The notes beneath the pieces were generated by a model that was given only the letters and a program-made list of their open reading frames with translations, was not told where the DNA came from and searched no databases. Of a stretch of DNA of 52,686 nt, positions 29,147 to 37,261 are shown piece after piece. The stretch is from Minisyncoccota bacterium (lineage in GTDB: Bacteria; Patescibacteriota; Minisyncoccia; Phycocordibacterales; UBA9973), in contig JBAYUP010000002.1 of assembly GCA_041675045.1 (NCBI GenBank), positions 1-52,686 on the forward strand, given 5' to 3'. Numbering within the stretch: the stretch's first letter is position 1; the number at the start of each line of letters is the position of its first letter. Position numbers and translations under genes: made by a program.

Positions 29147-29665
29147 TTAACCTAAAATAGGACAATAAACTCTTGAAAGGATTTTGGTGTTATCAAGAAA
29201 AATAGCACGAGAACTCGGATTCCAAAAGCCATCATAAAGGATTCCTGAAGCTCGAATGATTGGTTTATTATCCAATAAGTAGATAGTTCCACCGTATGCA
29301 ATATCACTGCCAAGTTTAATTTGATCTTCATCCCAACGTCTGTCATTTTCAAAATAGGTTCCATTCCATTGTACATATTCAAGGACTGCAGCATTAAGAG
29401 GATTATGCTTCTTAAACCTTTCAAGTACTAGTTCGCGATTCAATGAACCATTTTGATTAAGAACATCTTTAAAAATTTCTAGAGCAGAAACTATTTTGAA
29501 CTTTTTAGGATTCCATTCAATAGTTCCAATAGAATGATGGACTTCAATAACCAGATTATGCTTATTAAAGTTTGTTTCAGGATATTTTTCGGTATCAATT
29601 TGGTACCGGTCGGGTCTTTTTCTAAAGCTTATCGCCCCGAGCTCGTAATCTAATCCCATTCCCAT
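29147..29665 (-). CDS. Hypothetical protein (172 aa)
   Basis: ORF with a downstream terminator. Trp/Asn-rich and soluble-looking, with no recognisable motif. Confidence 0.5.
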   Translation of the reverse strand: MGMGLDYELGAISFRKRPDRYQIDTEKYPETNFNKHNLVIEVHHSIGTIEWNPKKFKIVSALEIFKDVLNQNGSLNRELVLERFKKHNPLNAAVLEYVQWNGTYFENDRRWDEDQIKLGSDIAYGGTIYLLDNKPIIRASGILYDGFWNPSSRAIFLDNTKILSRVYCPILG

Positions 29666-29752
29666 ATTTTTATTATTTAATTAAATTATTGTTTATCAAA
29701 GAATTATAGTTAAGATTACACTATAATTTATTTTGTGTTCTGTCAAATCAGC

Positions 29753-30436
29753 TTATTTTTGAGATTGTTTCCACTCTGCTATGTCCTTATGACTACCTGA
29801 AAGCAATACTTTTGGAACCTTATATTTCTTACCTTTGTGTTCAAAAATTTCTGGGCGTGTGTATACCTTACTCGAGGAGACACGTTCCTCTTCGCGAGAA
29901 TCAAAGTTTCCAAGCACGCCATTTATTTGACGAGAAATTGAATCAATAAGAATCATTGCTGGTAATTCCCCTCCTGTAAGCACATAGTCCCCAATTGAAA
30001 TCTGTTTTGTTTTAAGGATGGTGTCCACACGGGCATCAATCCCCTCGTAGCGTCCACAGATAAAGATAATATCGGTATATTTTTTTGAAAAGTTTTTTGC
30101 AAGAGCTGTTGTGAATTTCTCAGCGCTTGGAATAAAATTAACAATAAGGACTTTTGTATTTTTCTTTTTGGAAATTTTCTTATTGATTGATTCAATGGCT
30201 TTGATGATAGGTTCGGCGCGCATGACCATACCAGGACCACCAGCATAAGGTCTGTCATCAACCTGAAGTGAGACATTGCCATCAGGCCATACTTTCTTAT
30301 ATTTACCTGTGACAAATTTTCGAGGATTTACAAACGAGACAGAAATTTTCTTCTCCTTTATCGCCCGCCCTAAAATAGACTCACCAAGATACGAGTCGAA
30401 CATTTCAGGAAATAATGTAATTATGTGGAAATTCAT
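29753..30436 (-). CDS. trmD: tRNA (guanine37-N1)-methyltransferase TrmD (227 aa from MNFHIITLFPEMF; the ORF-track start at 30487 adds 17 hydrophobic codons)
   Basis: Motifs ITLFPEMF, ICGRYEGIDARV and SIGDYVLTGGELPAM. A hairpin terminator overlaps the longer ORF start, which favours Met18. Confidence 0.92.
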   Translation of the reverse strand: MNFHIITLFPEMFDSYLGESILGRAIKEKKISVSFVNPRKFVTGKYKKVWPDGNVSLQVDDRPYAGGPGMVMRAEPIIKAIESINKKISKKKNTKVLIVNFIPSAEKFTTALAKNFSKKYTDIIFICGRYEGIDARVDTILKTKQISIGDYVLTGGELPAMILIDSISRQINGVLGNFDSREEERVSSSKVYTRPEIFEHKGKKYKVPKVLLSGSHKDIAEWKQSQK

Positions 30437-30486
30437 AGATATAGTTAGTAACAAGTAGATAGTAGTAAGTAGTAAGAAAAAATGCA

Positions 30487-30520
30487 AGTAAAAACTCGGA
30501 TGCTATCCGAGTTTTTACTT
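30487..30520 (-). terminator. 14-bp hairpin with a T-run between the KH gene and trmD (terminator or attenuator)
   Basis: AGTAAAAACTCGGA / TCCGAGTTTTTACT. On the minus strand it is followed by TGCATTTTTTC. Confidence 0.6.
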
Positions 30521-30663
30521 TATTTACTATTTCAAATTCAAAAAATTAAATATATGACACCAAATACGAGGCACGGATGAGGACTGCGAGAGAGATGTAG
30601 TTGACCTACATTGACCGAGCAACCGGAATCCGTAACGAAGTAGATGATGTTAGATAATTAATT

Positions 30664-30993
30664 TTAGATTCCCTTAAGGTCTTCGAGTGCAGCATCCACT
30701 GACTTCGAAGCTTCACTTCCACTAACTGGCGCCTGATATGAACCACCTTCTGGTTCATTAATCTTCAAGTTAACACGAGCGTTGTTCTTCATACCAATCA
30801 CACGAAGGAGTGTACGGATTGCTTTTGCAGTGTTACCTTGCCTGCCGATAATTTTACCCATATCTGCTGGATTAACACTCATAGTAATAAGAACACCCAT
30901 TTCATCAACTGTTCGGTCGATTTTCACATCATTCGGGAAATCAACCAATGACTTAACAATATATTCAAGAAATGCTTTATCGTCTGCCATCAT
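30664..30993 (-). CDS. KH-domain RNA-binding protein (YlqC/UPF0109-like), 109 aa from the MMADDK start
   Basis: GXXG motif in GKIIGRQGNTAKAIRTLL. It holds the canonical position downstream of rpsP. The longer 195-aa ORF would overlap rpsP and a terminator. Confidence 0.8.
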   Translation of the reverse strand: MMADDKAFLEYIVKSLVDFPNDVKIDRTVDEMGVLITMSVNPADMGKIIGRQGNTAKAIRTLLRVIGMKNNARVNLKINEPEGGSYQAPVSGSEASKSVDAALEDLKGI

Positions 30994-31080
30994 AATCGTT
31001 ATCGTTTTATTCTTAAAATCACGCAGTGTATCGACTACAACCTGCTTCGTATAAAGTATACCAAACGGACTTTTTGTAGA

Positions 31081-31129
31081 CAAGCATAAAAAAGAAAACC
31101 CCGACATGGGGTTTTCTTTTTTATGCTTG
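31081..31129. terminator. 49-nt perfect palindrome (22-bp stem) overlapping the rpsP stop codon
   Basis: CAAGCATAAAAAAGAAAACCCC-GACAT-GGGGTTTTCTTTTTTATGCTTG. Confidence 0.75.
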
Positions 31130-31426
31130 CTTGAGTTCTTTGCGAGTTTTTGTTGGACTCTTTTTAGAGAGTACATTTTTCTTTTTTCCTTCGATAATCT
31201 TTTGCGCAACGAGGAAATTATGTACAGTTGCTGAAACTTGCGCCCCAACACTTATCCAATATTTAATACGGTCACCCTTAAAGATAGCTTCACCTCCTTT
31301 CACATTATATGAACCGAGGATTTCATTAAACTTACCGCTCTTTGCGGCATTCTTTGAATCAGTCAAAACAACCCGGAAAGCCGGATTATTCTTGCGTCCT
31401 GTTCGTTGTAGTCGAATCATTAACAT
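31121..31426 (-). CDS. rpsP: 30S ribosomal protein S16 (101 aa)
   Basis: MLMIRLQRTGRKNNPAFRVVLTD matches the S16 N-terminal consensus. Confidence 0.93.
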   Translation of the reverse strand: MLMIRLQRTGRKNNPAFRVVLTDSKNAAKSGKFNEILGSYNVKGGEAIFKGDRIKYWISVGAQVSATVHNFLVAQKIIEGKKKNVLSKKSPTKTRKELKQA

Positions 31427-31477
31427 AGGGCTATCCTACCACAAGTCCATATCATAATCAAGTATGAGAGAATCCTG

Positions 31478-31486
31478 TGCTATAAT
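31478..31486 (+). promoter_or_regulatory. Extended -10 box TGcTATAAT, 6 nt upstream of the rnr ATG (leaderless candidate)
   Basis: TGCTATAAT-GCCTTT-ATG. Confidence 0.5.
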
Positions 31487-31492
31487 GCCTTT

Positions 31493-33427
31493 ATGAAAAA
31501 AGGACCTATTGAAAAAACCCCTACAAATAGATACATGGAAGGCACCATACATATTTCACACAAAGGAGCAGGAACAGTCCGTATCCCCCACACGAATGAA
31601 ATGATAGAAATCGAGCATAGCTTCCTCCATACTGCCTGTAACGGCGACACTGTCCGAGTGCTTTTGCATGCAAAAAAGAAAGACGGAGGTCAAACAGGAC
31701 GCGTGGAAACAATTCTTCGTCGTTCAAACAAAGGATTCTCTGGTGTTATTGAAAAAGAAAATAATATGTACTTTCTTATTCCGAGCGACCTCAAGATGTA
31801 CACAGATATTATCATCCCCGAAGAAAAACTCGCTGGTGCCAAGGTAGGACAGAAGGTGTTTGTTGAAATCACACAGTGGGATGACCCAAAGAAAGCTCCT
31901 GTCGGTGAAGTTACAAAAATTCTCGGTTCGCCAATGGAGCACAATGCGGAAATGGAAGCGATTGCTCTTGAAAAAGGGTTCGACGCTCTCTTCCCTCCCT
32001 CTGTAGCAGAAGAAGCTCGCAAAATAGCAGAGCGTGGAATTACAAAAGATGACATTGAAAATCGCCGAGATATTCGAGAGACAACAACCTTTACCATTGA
32101 CCCAGAAGATGCAAAAGATTTCGACGATGCACTCTCATTTAAAAAACTCCCGAACGGAAATTATGAAATCGGTATCCATATTGCTGATGTTTCTCACTAT
32201 GTCCGCGAAACAACAGCACTCGGTCAAGAAGCGCGTAGACGCGGGACGTCTGTCTATCTCGTAGACAGAACGATACCAATGCTCCCCGAGGAGCTCTCTA
32301 ATGGCCTTTGTAGTTTAAACCCTAACGTCGACCGATTAACCTTTTCATCAATTTTTGAAATGGATAGCAGTGGAGTGGTTCATAGTGAGTGGTTTGGACG
32401 AACCGTCATCCATTCAGACAAAAGATTCACCTACGAAAATGCGCAGGCAGTACTCGATGAAAAAAAGGGTGAATTTTATGCTGAGCTTTCAACGCTTAAT
32501 GCAATTGCGAAAAAACTTTTAAAGAAGAGGTTTAACGACGGGGCAATTTCACTTGAACAAGAAGAGGTGAAATTCAAGCTAGATTCAAATGGTGTACCAA
32601 CCTCGGTATACACAAAAGTTCGTGGGGATACTCATAAGCTCATCGAAGAGTTTATGCTTCTTGCAAATCGCCGTGTCGCTGAATACATGTCTCAAAAAGG
32701 CAAAAAAGGTGGAGTATTTGTCTACCGTATTCACGATTTACCGAACAAAGAAAAAATGCAGGACTTGGTAATGTTCCTCCGAAAACTCGGATACCATATG
32801 AAATTAAAAGATGGAATTATACCCTCAGAAGAAATCAACGCACTCGTTGGCAAACTTGAACACAATCCCCTTCGTGATACTGTACACACAGCAATCATTC
32901 GTACTATGACAAAAGCAATTTATTCTACAAAAAATATCGGGCACTATGGTCTCGGGTTTAAATTCTATACACACTTCACCTCACCTATCCGTAGATACCC
33001 CGATGTAATTGTTCATCGTTTACTTGCTGACTTTATTGCTGGTAAAACAATCCCAAAGGAACGCTGGCAAGAATACGAAACGATGAGCCAAGAAGCATCA
33101 CTCCGCGAAAAAGAAGCAGCTGAAGCTGAACGTGCTTCTATTAAATACAAACAAGTCGAATACATGTCGACACGAATTGGAGAGGTATATGAAGGTGTTA
33201 TCACTGGTGTCACTGAATGGGGTCTCTATATCGAAGAAAAAACAACAAAATGTGAAGGTATGGTCCGTATGCGCGATCTTATTGATGACTACTATACATT
33301 CGACAAAAAATATATGTCTATAAAGGGATCGAAAACAAAAAAGAAATATACACTAGGAGACAAAGTTAGGTTTAAAGTCGAAAACGCTGATAGAAATAAA
33401 AAAACAATCGATTATCGATTGGTATAA
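31493..33427 (+). CDS. rnr: Ribonuclease R / RNase II-family 3'-5' exoribonuclease (644 aa)
   Basis: RNB catalytic motifs (FTIDPEDAKDFDDA, HYGLGFKFYTHFTSPIRRYPD), N-terminal cold-shock-like region, C-terminal S1 domain (GEVYEGVITGVTEWGLYI). Confidence 0.92.
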   Translation: MKKGPIEKTPTNRYMEGTIHISHKGAGTVRIPHTNEMIEIEHSFLHTACNGDTVRVLLHAKKKDGGQTGRVETILRRSNKGFSGVIEKENNMYFLIPSDLKMYTDIIIPEEKLAGAKVGQKVFVEITQWDDPKKAPVGEVTKILGSPMEHNAEMEAIALEKGFDALFPPSVAEEARKIAERGITKDDIENRRDIRETTTFTIDPEDAKDFDDALSFKKLPNGNYEIGIHIADVSHYVRETTALGQEARRRGTSVYLVDRTIPMLPEELSNGLCSLNPNVDRLTFSSIFEMDSSGVVHSEWFGRTVIHSDKRFTYENAQAVLDEKKGEFYAELSTLNAIAKKLLKKRFNDGAISLEQEEVKFKLDSNGVPTSVYTKVRGDTHKLIEEFMLLANRRVAEYMSQKGKKGGVFVYRIHDLPNKEKMQDLVMFLRKLGYHMKLKDGIIPSEEINALVGKLEHNPLRDTVHTAIIRTMTKAIYSTKNIGHYGLGFKFYTHFTSPIRRYPDVIVHRLLADFIAGKTIPKERWQEYETMSQEASLREKEAAEAERASIKYKQVEYMSTRIGEVYEGVITGVTEWGLYIEEKTTKCEGMVRMRDLIDDYYTFDKKYMSIKGSKTKKKYTLGDKVRFKVENADRNKKTIDYRLV

Positions 33428-33430
33428 ATC

Positions 33431-34204
33431 GTGACACGCAAAAAGAAATTAATTATCATCGGAATATTTTTAATCGCCATAATTTTCTTTTGTATTTTTA
33501 CTTTGCGAGCTGGGACACTGAAACCTACCGTACAAACCGAGGACATCACGCAAACCTCACCTCGAGCACACACCCAAGAGTTATATAAAATAGTAAAAGA
33601 TGCGGTAATCGTTCCCGTTTCCCCACAGGGAAACAAAAAAGTGATTCTCTTGACCATTGACGACGGTCCAACCGCACGGACTCTTTCGATAATGGAAACA
33701 CTTAAAGCGCACAATGCGGGAGCTATTTTCTTTATCAATGGTATTCACCATGCGACACACCCTTTGGTTATCAAAGAATTACACAAAAACGGATTTGCAG
33801 TAGGTAATCACACATGGAGTCATCGTGATTTACGAAAAGAGAAAAATAAAGAAACCGCACTCGCAGAAATAGATACCACTACAAACCTTATCGAGCAAGA
33901 GACCGGTGAACTCCCGAAATTCTTTCGCGCTCCGTATGGAATGATTACCTTAGATTTACGGACACACATAAAAGAAAAAGGCATGCTGTATATTGACTGG
34001 TCAGCATCAGTAAAAGATTGGCAAAAAAAATCTAGAGAACGTGATGTGTTTATTAGACACGCTATGGATGAAATACACGCGGGGTCAATTATCCTTATTC
34101 ATGAGTATCCGTGGTCAGCGACACATCTCGACGCTCTCCTTACTGCTATCGAAGAAAAGGGATACTCCTTTGCTGATCCACACAGTCTTACAAAAATCGA
34201 CTAG
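33431..34204 (+). CDS. Polysaccharide deacetylase (NodB homology domain), membrane-anchored (257 aa, GTG start)
   Basis: Motifs LTIDDGP, FFINGIH and GNHTWSH, with an N-terminal TM helix. Confidence 0.85.
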   Translation: MTRKKKLIIIGIFLIAIIFFCIFTLRAGTLKPTVQTEDITQTSPRAHTQELYKIVKDAVIVPVSPQGNKKVILLTIDDGPTARTLSIMETLKAHNAGAIFFINGIHHATHPLVIKELHKNGFAVGNHTWSHRDLRKEKNKETALAEIDTTTNLIEQETGELPKFFRAPYGMITLDLRTHIKEKGMLYIDWSASVKDWQKKSRERDVFIRHAMDEIHAGSIILIHEYPWSATHLDALLTAIEEKGYSFADPHSLTKID

Positions 34205-34225
34205 GGATATCCCTAGTCGATTTTT
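34192..34225. terminator. Bidirectional hairpin terminator
   Basis: AAAAATCGACTAGGGATATCCCTAGTCGATTTTT between the deacetylase gene (+) and the smc-like gene (-). Confidence 0.8.
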
Positions 34226-34232
34226 GTAAGAC

Positions 34233-36491
34233 TTATTTTGCGTACATGCTCGCATCTTCAAGATGAATAGAGAGTAGTTTCGATGCGCCCTCAGCGCCCA
34301 TGGTCACACCGTAGAGAATCTGAGCTCGAGACATCGTTTCTCGATTATGTGTTACCACAATAAGTTCTGAGAATTTTGAGAGATTTTCAAGCATATTCCC
34401 ATATTTACGAGAGTTCGCTTCATCAAGCGCAGCGTCTGTCTCATCAAGTACGAGAAATGGTGGTGGATTAACCTGTGACATCGCAAAGAGAAGTGCAATC
34501 GAAGTAAGTGAACGCTCTCCACCTGAGAGCATATTTAAATCTTTTACTTTTTTCTGAGGCAAGCTCACATGGATTTCTATACCTCGTTCAAATCCCAAAG
34601 TGCTGTCTGTTTCCTCATCAAGCATTTCATTGCCTTCTTCCATTTCGTCAGATTTTTTTGGTTTCTTGTGCTCCATTACAACAGAGAGAAAGGCTGATCC
34701 TCCTCCAAACATAAGAGCGAAAAATTCTTGAAACTGACGATTGATTTTCTCAACACCAGTTTTGAATTCACGATCAAGAGTTTCTTTTAATTCGAGGATC
34801 ACATCGCGAAGTGTTCGAATACTTGTATTTAAATCATCAATTTCGCGAGCAAGAAATCGGTCTCGTTCTTCGGTGTCTTCATATTCTTTCATTATTTCAG
34901 AACTATTCCCTGTTCCACTATCTTCAAGTTTTATCTTAATACGCTCAATCTTGCGACGAAGCTCATCTTGATTTTGACGAAGAATTTCCCCCACCATTTC
35001 GGTTCGAGCATAGTCAATCACTTCTCGTCCAATGAGCACACCGGCCTCAGCAAGGTCCGTCTCAAATATTGTTTTTATCATTGATAATTTTTCCTCCTCA
35101 AACACAAGTGAGTGCATACTCGAAGATACTTCATTTCTTTCATTGAGTAATTCATACCTCACCCGTTCACTCTCGCGAGCATGGTTTTGCAACAAAGCGT
35201 CTTTTTGTCGAAACACTTCTATTTGTGAAGTAATTTCTTTTTCTTTCTCAGTGAGTGTGTTCATCTGAACCCCAAGAGCACTTCGTTCTTCGGACAACGA
35301 ATTGAATTCATTCTCAAGTTCTATGTTTCGAACAGGGGCAGATTTCCCTTCTTCATGGAGGACACGAATATGATCTTTTAGGGAACGCAGTATGCTTGAA
35401 ACATGAGTAAAATCATTCGACGAAAGCGCATCATCAATGTGAGATTCAATTGTATGGAGCATCTCACGCCACTCAGTTTCTTTGATTATTTTTTCTGGTT
35501 TTTCTGAAACCCGTGCAAGGTCGCGTTCGATTCGCTCAACGAGACCTTCGATGCGCCCAAGCTTACGACTAATATCATCTTTAGCACTACGAACACGTGA
35601 GAGCTCTTCTTCGAGCAATTTAGCATGTGTCGCGTCTTCGGATAATTCTGTTGTAGTGTCTCCCTTTGGAAGTCGAGAGATTCGATCATCAAGTGAAAGA
35701 ATTTTCTCGTCATACATTCGGCGTTTTTCAGTAAGCCTACCACTTTCACGATTAATATATGTCGCCTCAGCACTAAAATATATCTTATACAGTTCTCTGA
35801 TTTCATCTCGAAGTTCTCGAGCTTTTTCTATCAACTGAACCTGTTTTTTTAAAAAAATAAGATGAGGCGCAACTTCACGACGAAGAGATTGAACTTCTTT
35901 AATGTTCTCCAACGTCTTTTCGAGCTTACGTTCACTTTCACGAATACGATATTGATACACCTTGAGTCCGAGAGCATCTTCAATCATAGCTCGACGGTCT
36001 TTACTTGATGCATTAAGAACTCGGTCCGCCTCTCCTTGAGAAATAATATGGTGACCAGAACTCCCGATATTAACTGAAGCGAGTAAGTCGACAATATCTT
36101 TGAGGCGTACTTCTGTACCATTGATTGAATAGCGGTTTGCACCATCAGCAAACACTTCTCGACTAATAACGATTTCATCGTAATCCAAAGAAACACCGAG
36201 GTCACTATTTGTAAATGAAAAAATCTTTTTACTATTATCAAATGTCATTGAAACCGATGCACGATTCTGAGATGACAATGTTTTTGAACCTTTAAAAATA
36301 AGATCTACTCCACCTTTTCCACGAAGTGATTTCATTGACTGCTCCCCGAGAACAAAACGAATTGCCTCGACGATATTTGATTTTCCAGAACCATTTGGCC
36401 CTACAATACACGTAATCGGTGTTGTAAGTGACAGTGACGTTTTTTTGCCAAATGATTTGAAGCCACTTAGTTCTAAGGTTTTTAAAGTCAT
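34233..36491 (-). CDS. smc: SMC-family chromosome-partition ATPase, shortened form (752 aa) without a recognisable hinge
   Basis: N-terminal head LSGFKSFGKKT...GPNGSGKSNIVEAIRFVLGEQS. C-terminal head LSGGERSLTSIALLFA and FLVLDETDAALD. It follows rnc, the order I recall from Bacillus subtilis. Confidence 0.85.
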   Translation of the reverse strand: MTLKTLELSGFKSFGKKTSLSLTTPITCIVGPNGSGKSNIVEAIRFVLGEQSMKSLRGKGGVDLIFKGSKTLSSQNRASVSMTFDNSKKIFSFTNSDLGVSLDYDEIVISREVFADGANRYSINGTEVRLKDIVDLLASVNIGSSGHHIISQGEADRVLNASSKDRRAMIEDALGLKVYQYRIRESERKLEKTLENIKEVQSLRREVAPHLIFLKKQVQLIEKARELRDEIRELYKIYFSAEATYINRESGRLTEKRRMYDEKILSLDDRISRLPKGDTTTELSEDATHAKLLEEELSRVRSAKDDISRKLGRIEGLVERIERDLARVSEKPEKIIKETEWREMLHTIESHIDDALSSNDFTHVSSILRSLKDHIRVLHEEGKSAPVRNIELENEFNSLSEERSALGVQMNTLTEKEKEITSQIEVFRQKDALLQNHARESERVRYELLNERNEVSSSMHSLVFEEEKLSMIKTIFETDLAEAGVLIGREVIDYARTEMVGEILRQNQDELRRKIERIKIKLEDSGTGNSSEIMKEYEDTEERDRFLAREIDDLNTSIRTLRDVILELKETLDREFKTGVEKINRQFQEFFALMFGGGSAFLSVVMEHKKPKKSDEMEEGNEMLDEETDSTLGFERGIEIHVSLPQKKVKDLNMLSGGERSLTSIALLFAMSQVNPPPFLVLDETDAALDEANSRKYGNMLENLSKFSELIVVTHNRETMSRAQILYGVTMGAEGASKLLSIHLEDASMYAK

Positions 36492-36497
36492 AGAAGA

Positions 36498-37193
36498 TTA
36501 ATCAAGCCAATTTTTTAATTCTAATGCAGAGCGAGCAGCAGATTGTTCTGCTTCCTGCTTACTATGACCCTTTCCTTCGGCAATTTTTTCATCTCCAAAG
36601 AAGATTCCAATAGTGAAGTGTTTATCATGATCAGGACCAGCTTCACTGAGAACCTTATAGGAAGGTGTAACATTCACGTACTCTTGTGCTTTTTCTTGAA
36701 CAAGACTTTTTGCGTCGCGCCACAACTTTTTCGCAACAATAGTATCGATTTTATCAAAAAGTGTTCCTGCAATAAATTTCTCGGCAACATCATACCCTTG
36801 ATCAAGATACACAGCACCCACGTATGCTTCATATGTATTCGCAAGAATATAACTGCGTGCTTTGCCAATATCTTTTGCTTCACCTTTTGAGAGTAAAAGA
36901 TATTCATTCATACCGAGAGCTTGTGCTACTTCGCCAATAATAACAGCGTTCACAAGCGCTGAACGATACGCGGTAAGTTCCCCCTCGTCACAATCAGGAT
37001 ATTTTAAATAAAGATACGACGTTACCACAAGCTCAAGCACAGCATCACCAAGAAACTCTAAACGTTCATTATGAGAAAATTTAGAACCACTATTTTCATT
37101 TATATACGAACGGTGAATAAAAGCTTGTTCGAGTAATTTTTTATTACTAAAGACAATACCTGTTGTCTGTTCAAATTTTGAGAATTCAATCAT
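36498..37193 (-). CDS. rnc: Ribonuclease III (231 aa from Met10; the ORF extends to 37220)
   Basis: Signature NERLEFLGDAVLELV and a C-terminal dsRBD (GPDHDKHFTIGIFFGDEKIAEGKGHSKQEAEQSAA). Confidence 0.93.
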   Translation of the reverse strand: MIEFSKFEQTTGIVFSNKKLLEQAFIHRSYINENSGSKFSHNERLEFLGDAVLELVVTSYLYLKYPDCDEGELTAYRSALVNAVIIGEVAQALGMNEYLLLSKGEAKDIGKARSYILANTYEAYVGAVYLDQGYDVAEKFIAGTLFDKIDTIVAKKLWRDAKSLVQEKAQEYVNVTPSYKVLSEAGPDHDKHFTIGIFFGDEKIAEGKGHSKQEAEQSAARSALELKNWLD

Positions 37194-37261
37194 TGTATTT
37201 GAGCTCTTAGCTCTTAGCAACTAACTTTTAGCACGTAATGCTAGAGGCCAATTGCTAAAAG

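Noticed and set aside
30550-30660. tRNA, SRP RNA or tmRNA in the KH-trmD spacer
   Set aside because: No T-loop (GTTCRANYC), no cloverleaf and no conserved SRP domain IV motif could be found by eye. It is kept only as an unclassified structured-spacer finding.
30994-31251. N-terminal extension of the KH-protein ORF to 195 aa
   Set aside because: The extension overlaps the 3' end of rpsP and runs through the 49-nt palindromic terminator. KH/YlqC proteins are small, and the MMADDK start gives a normal domain.
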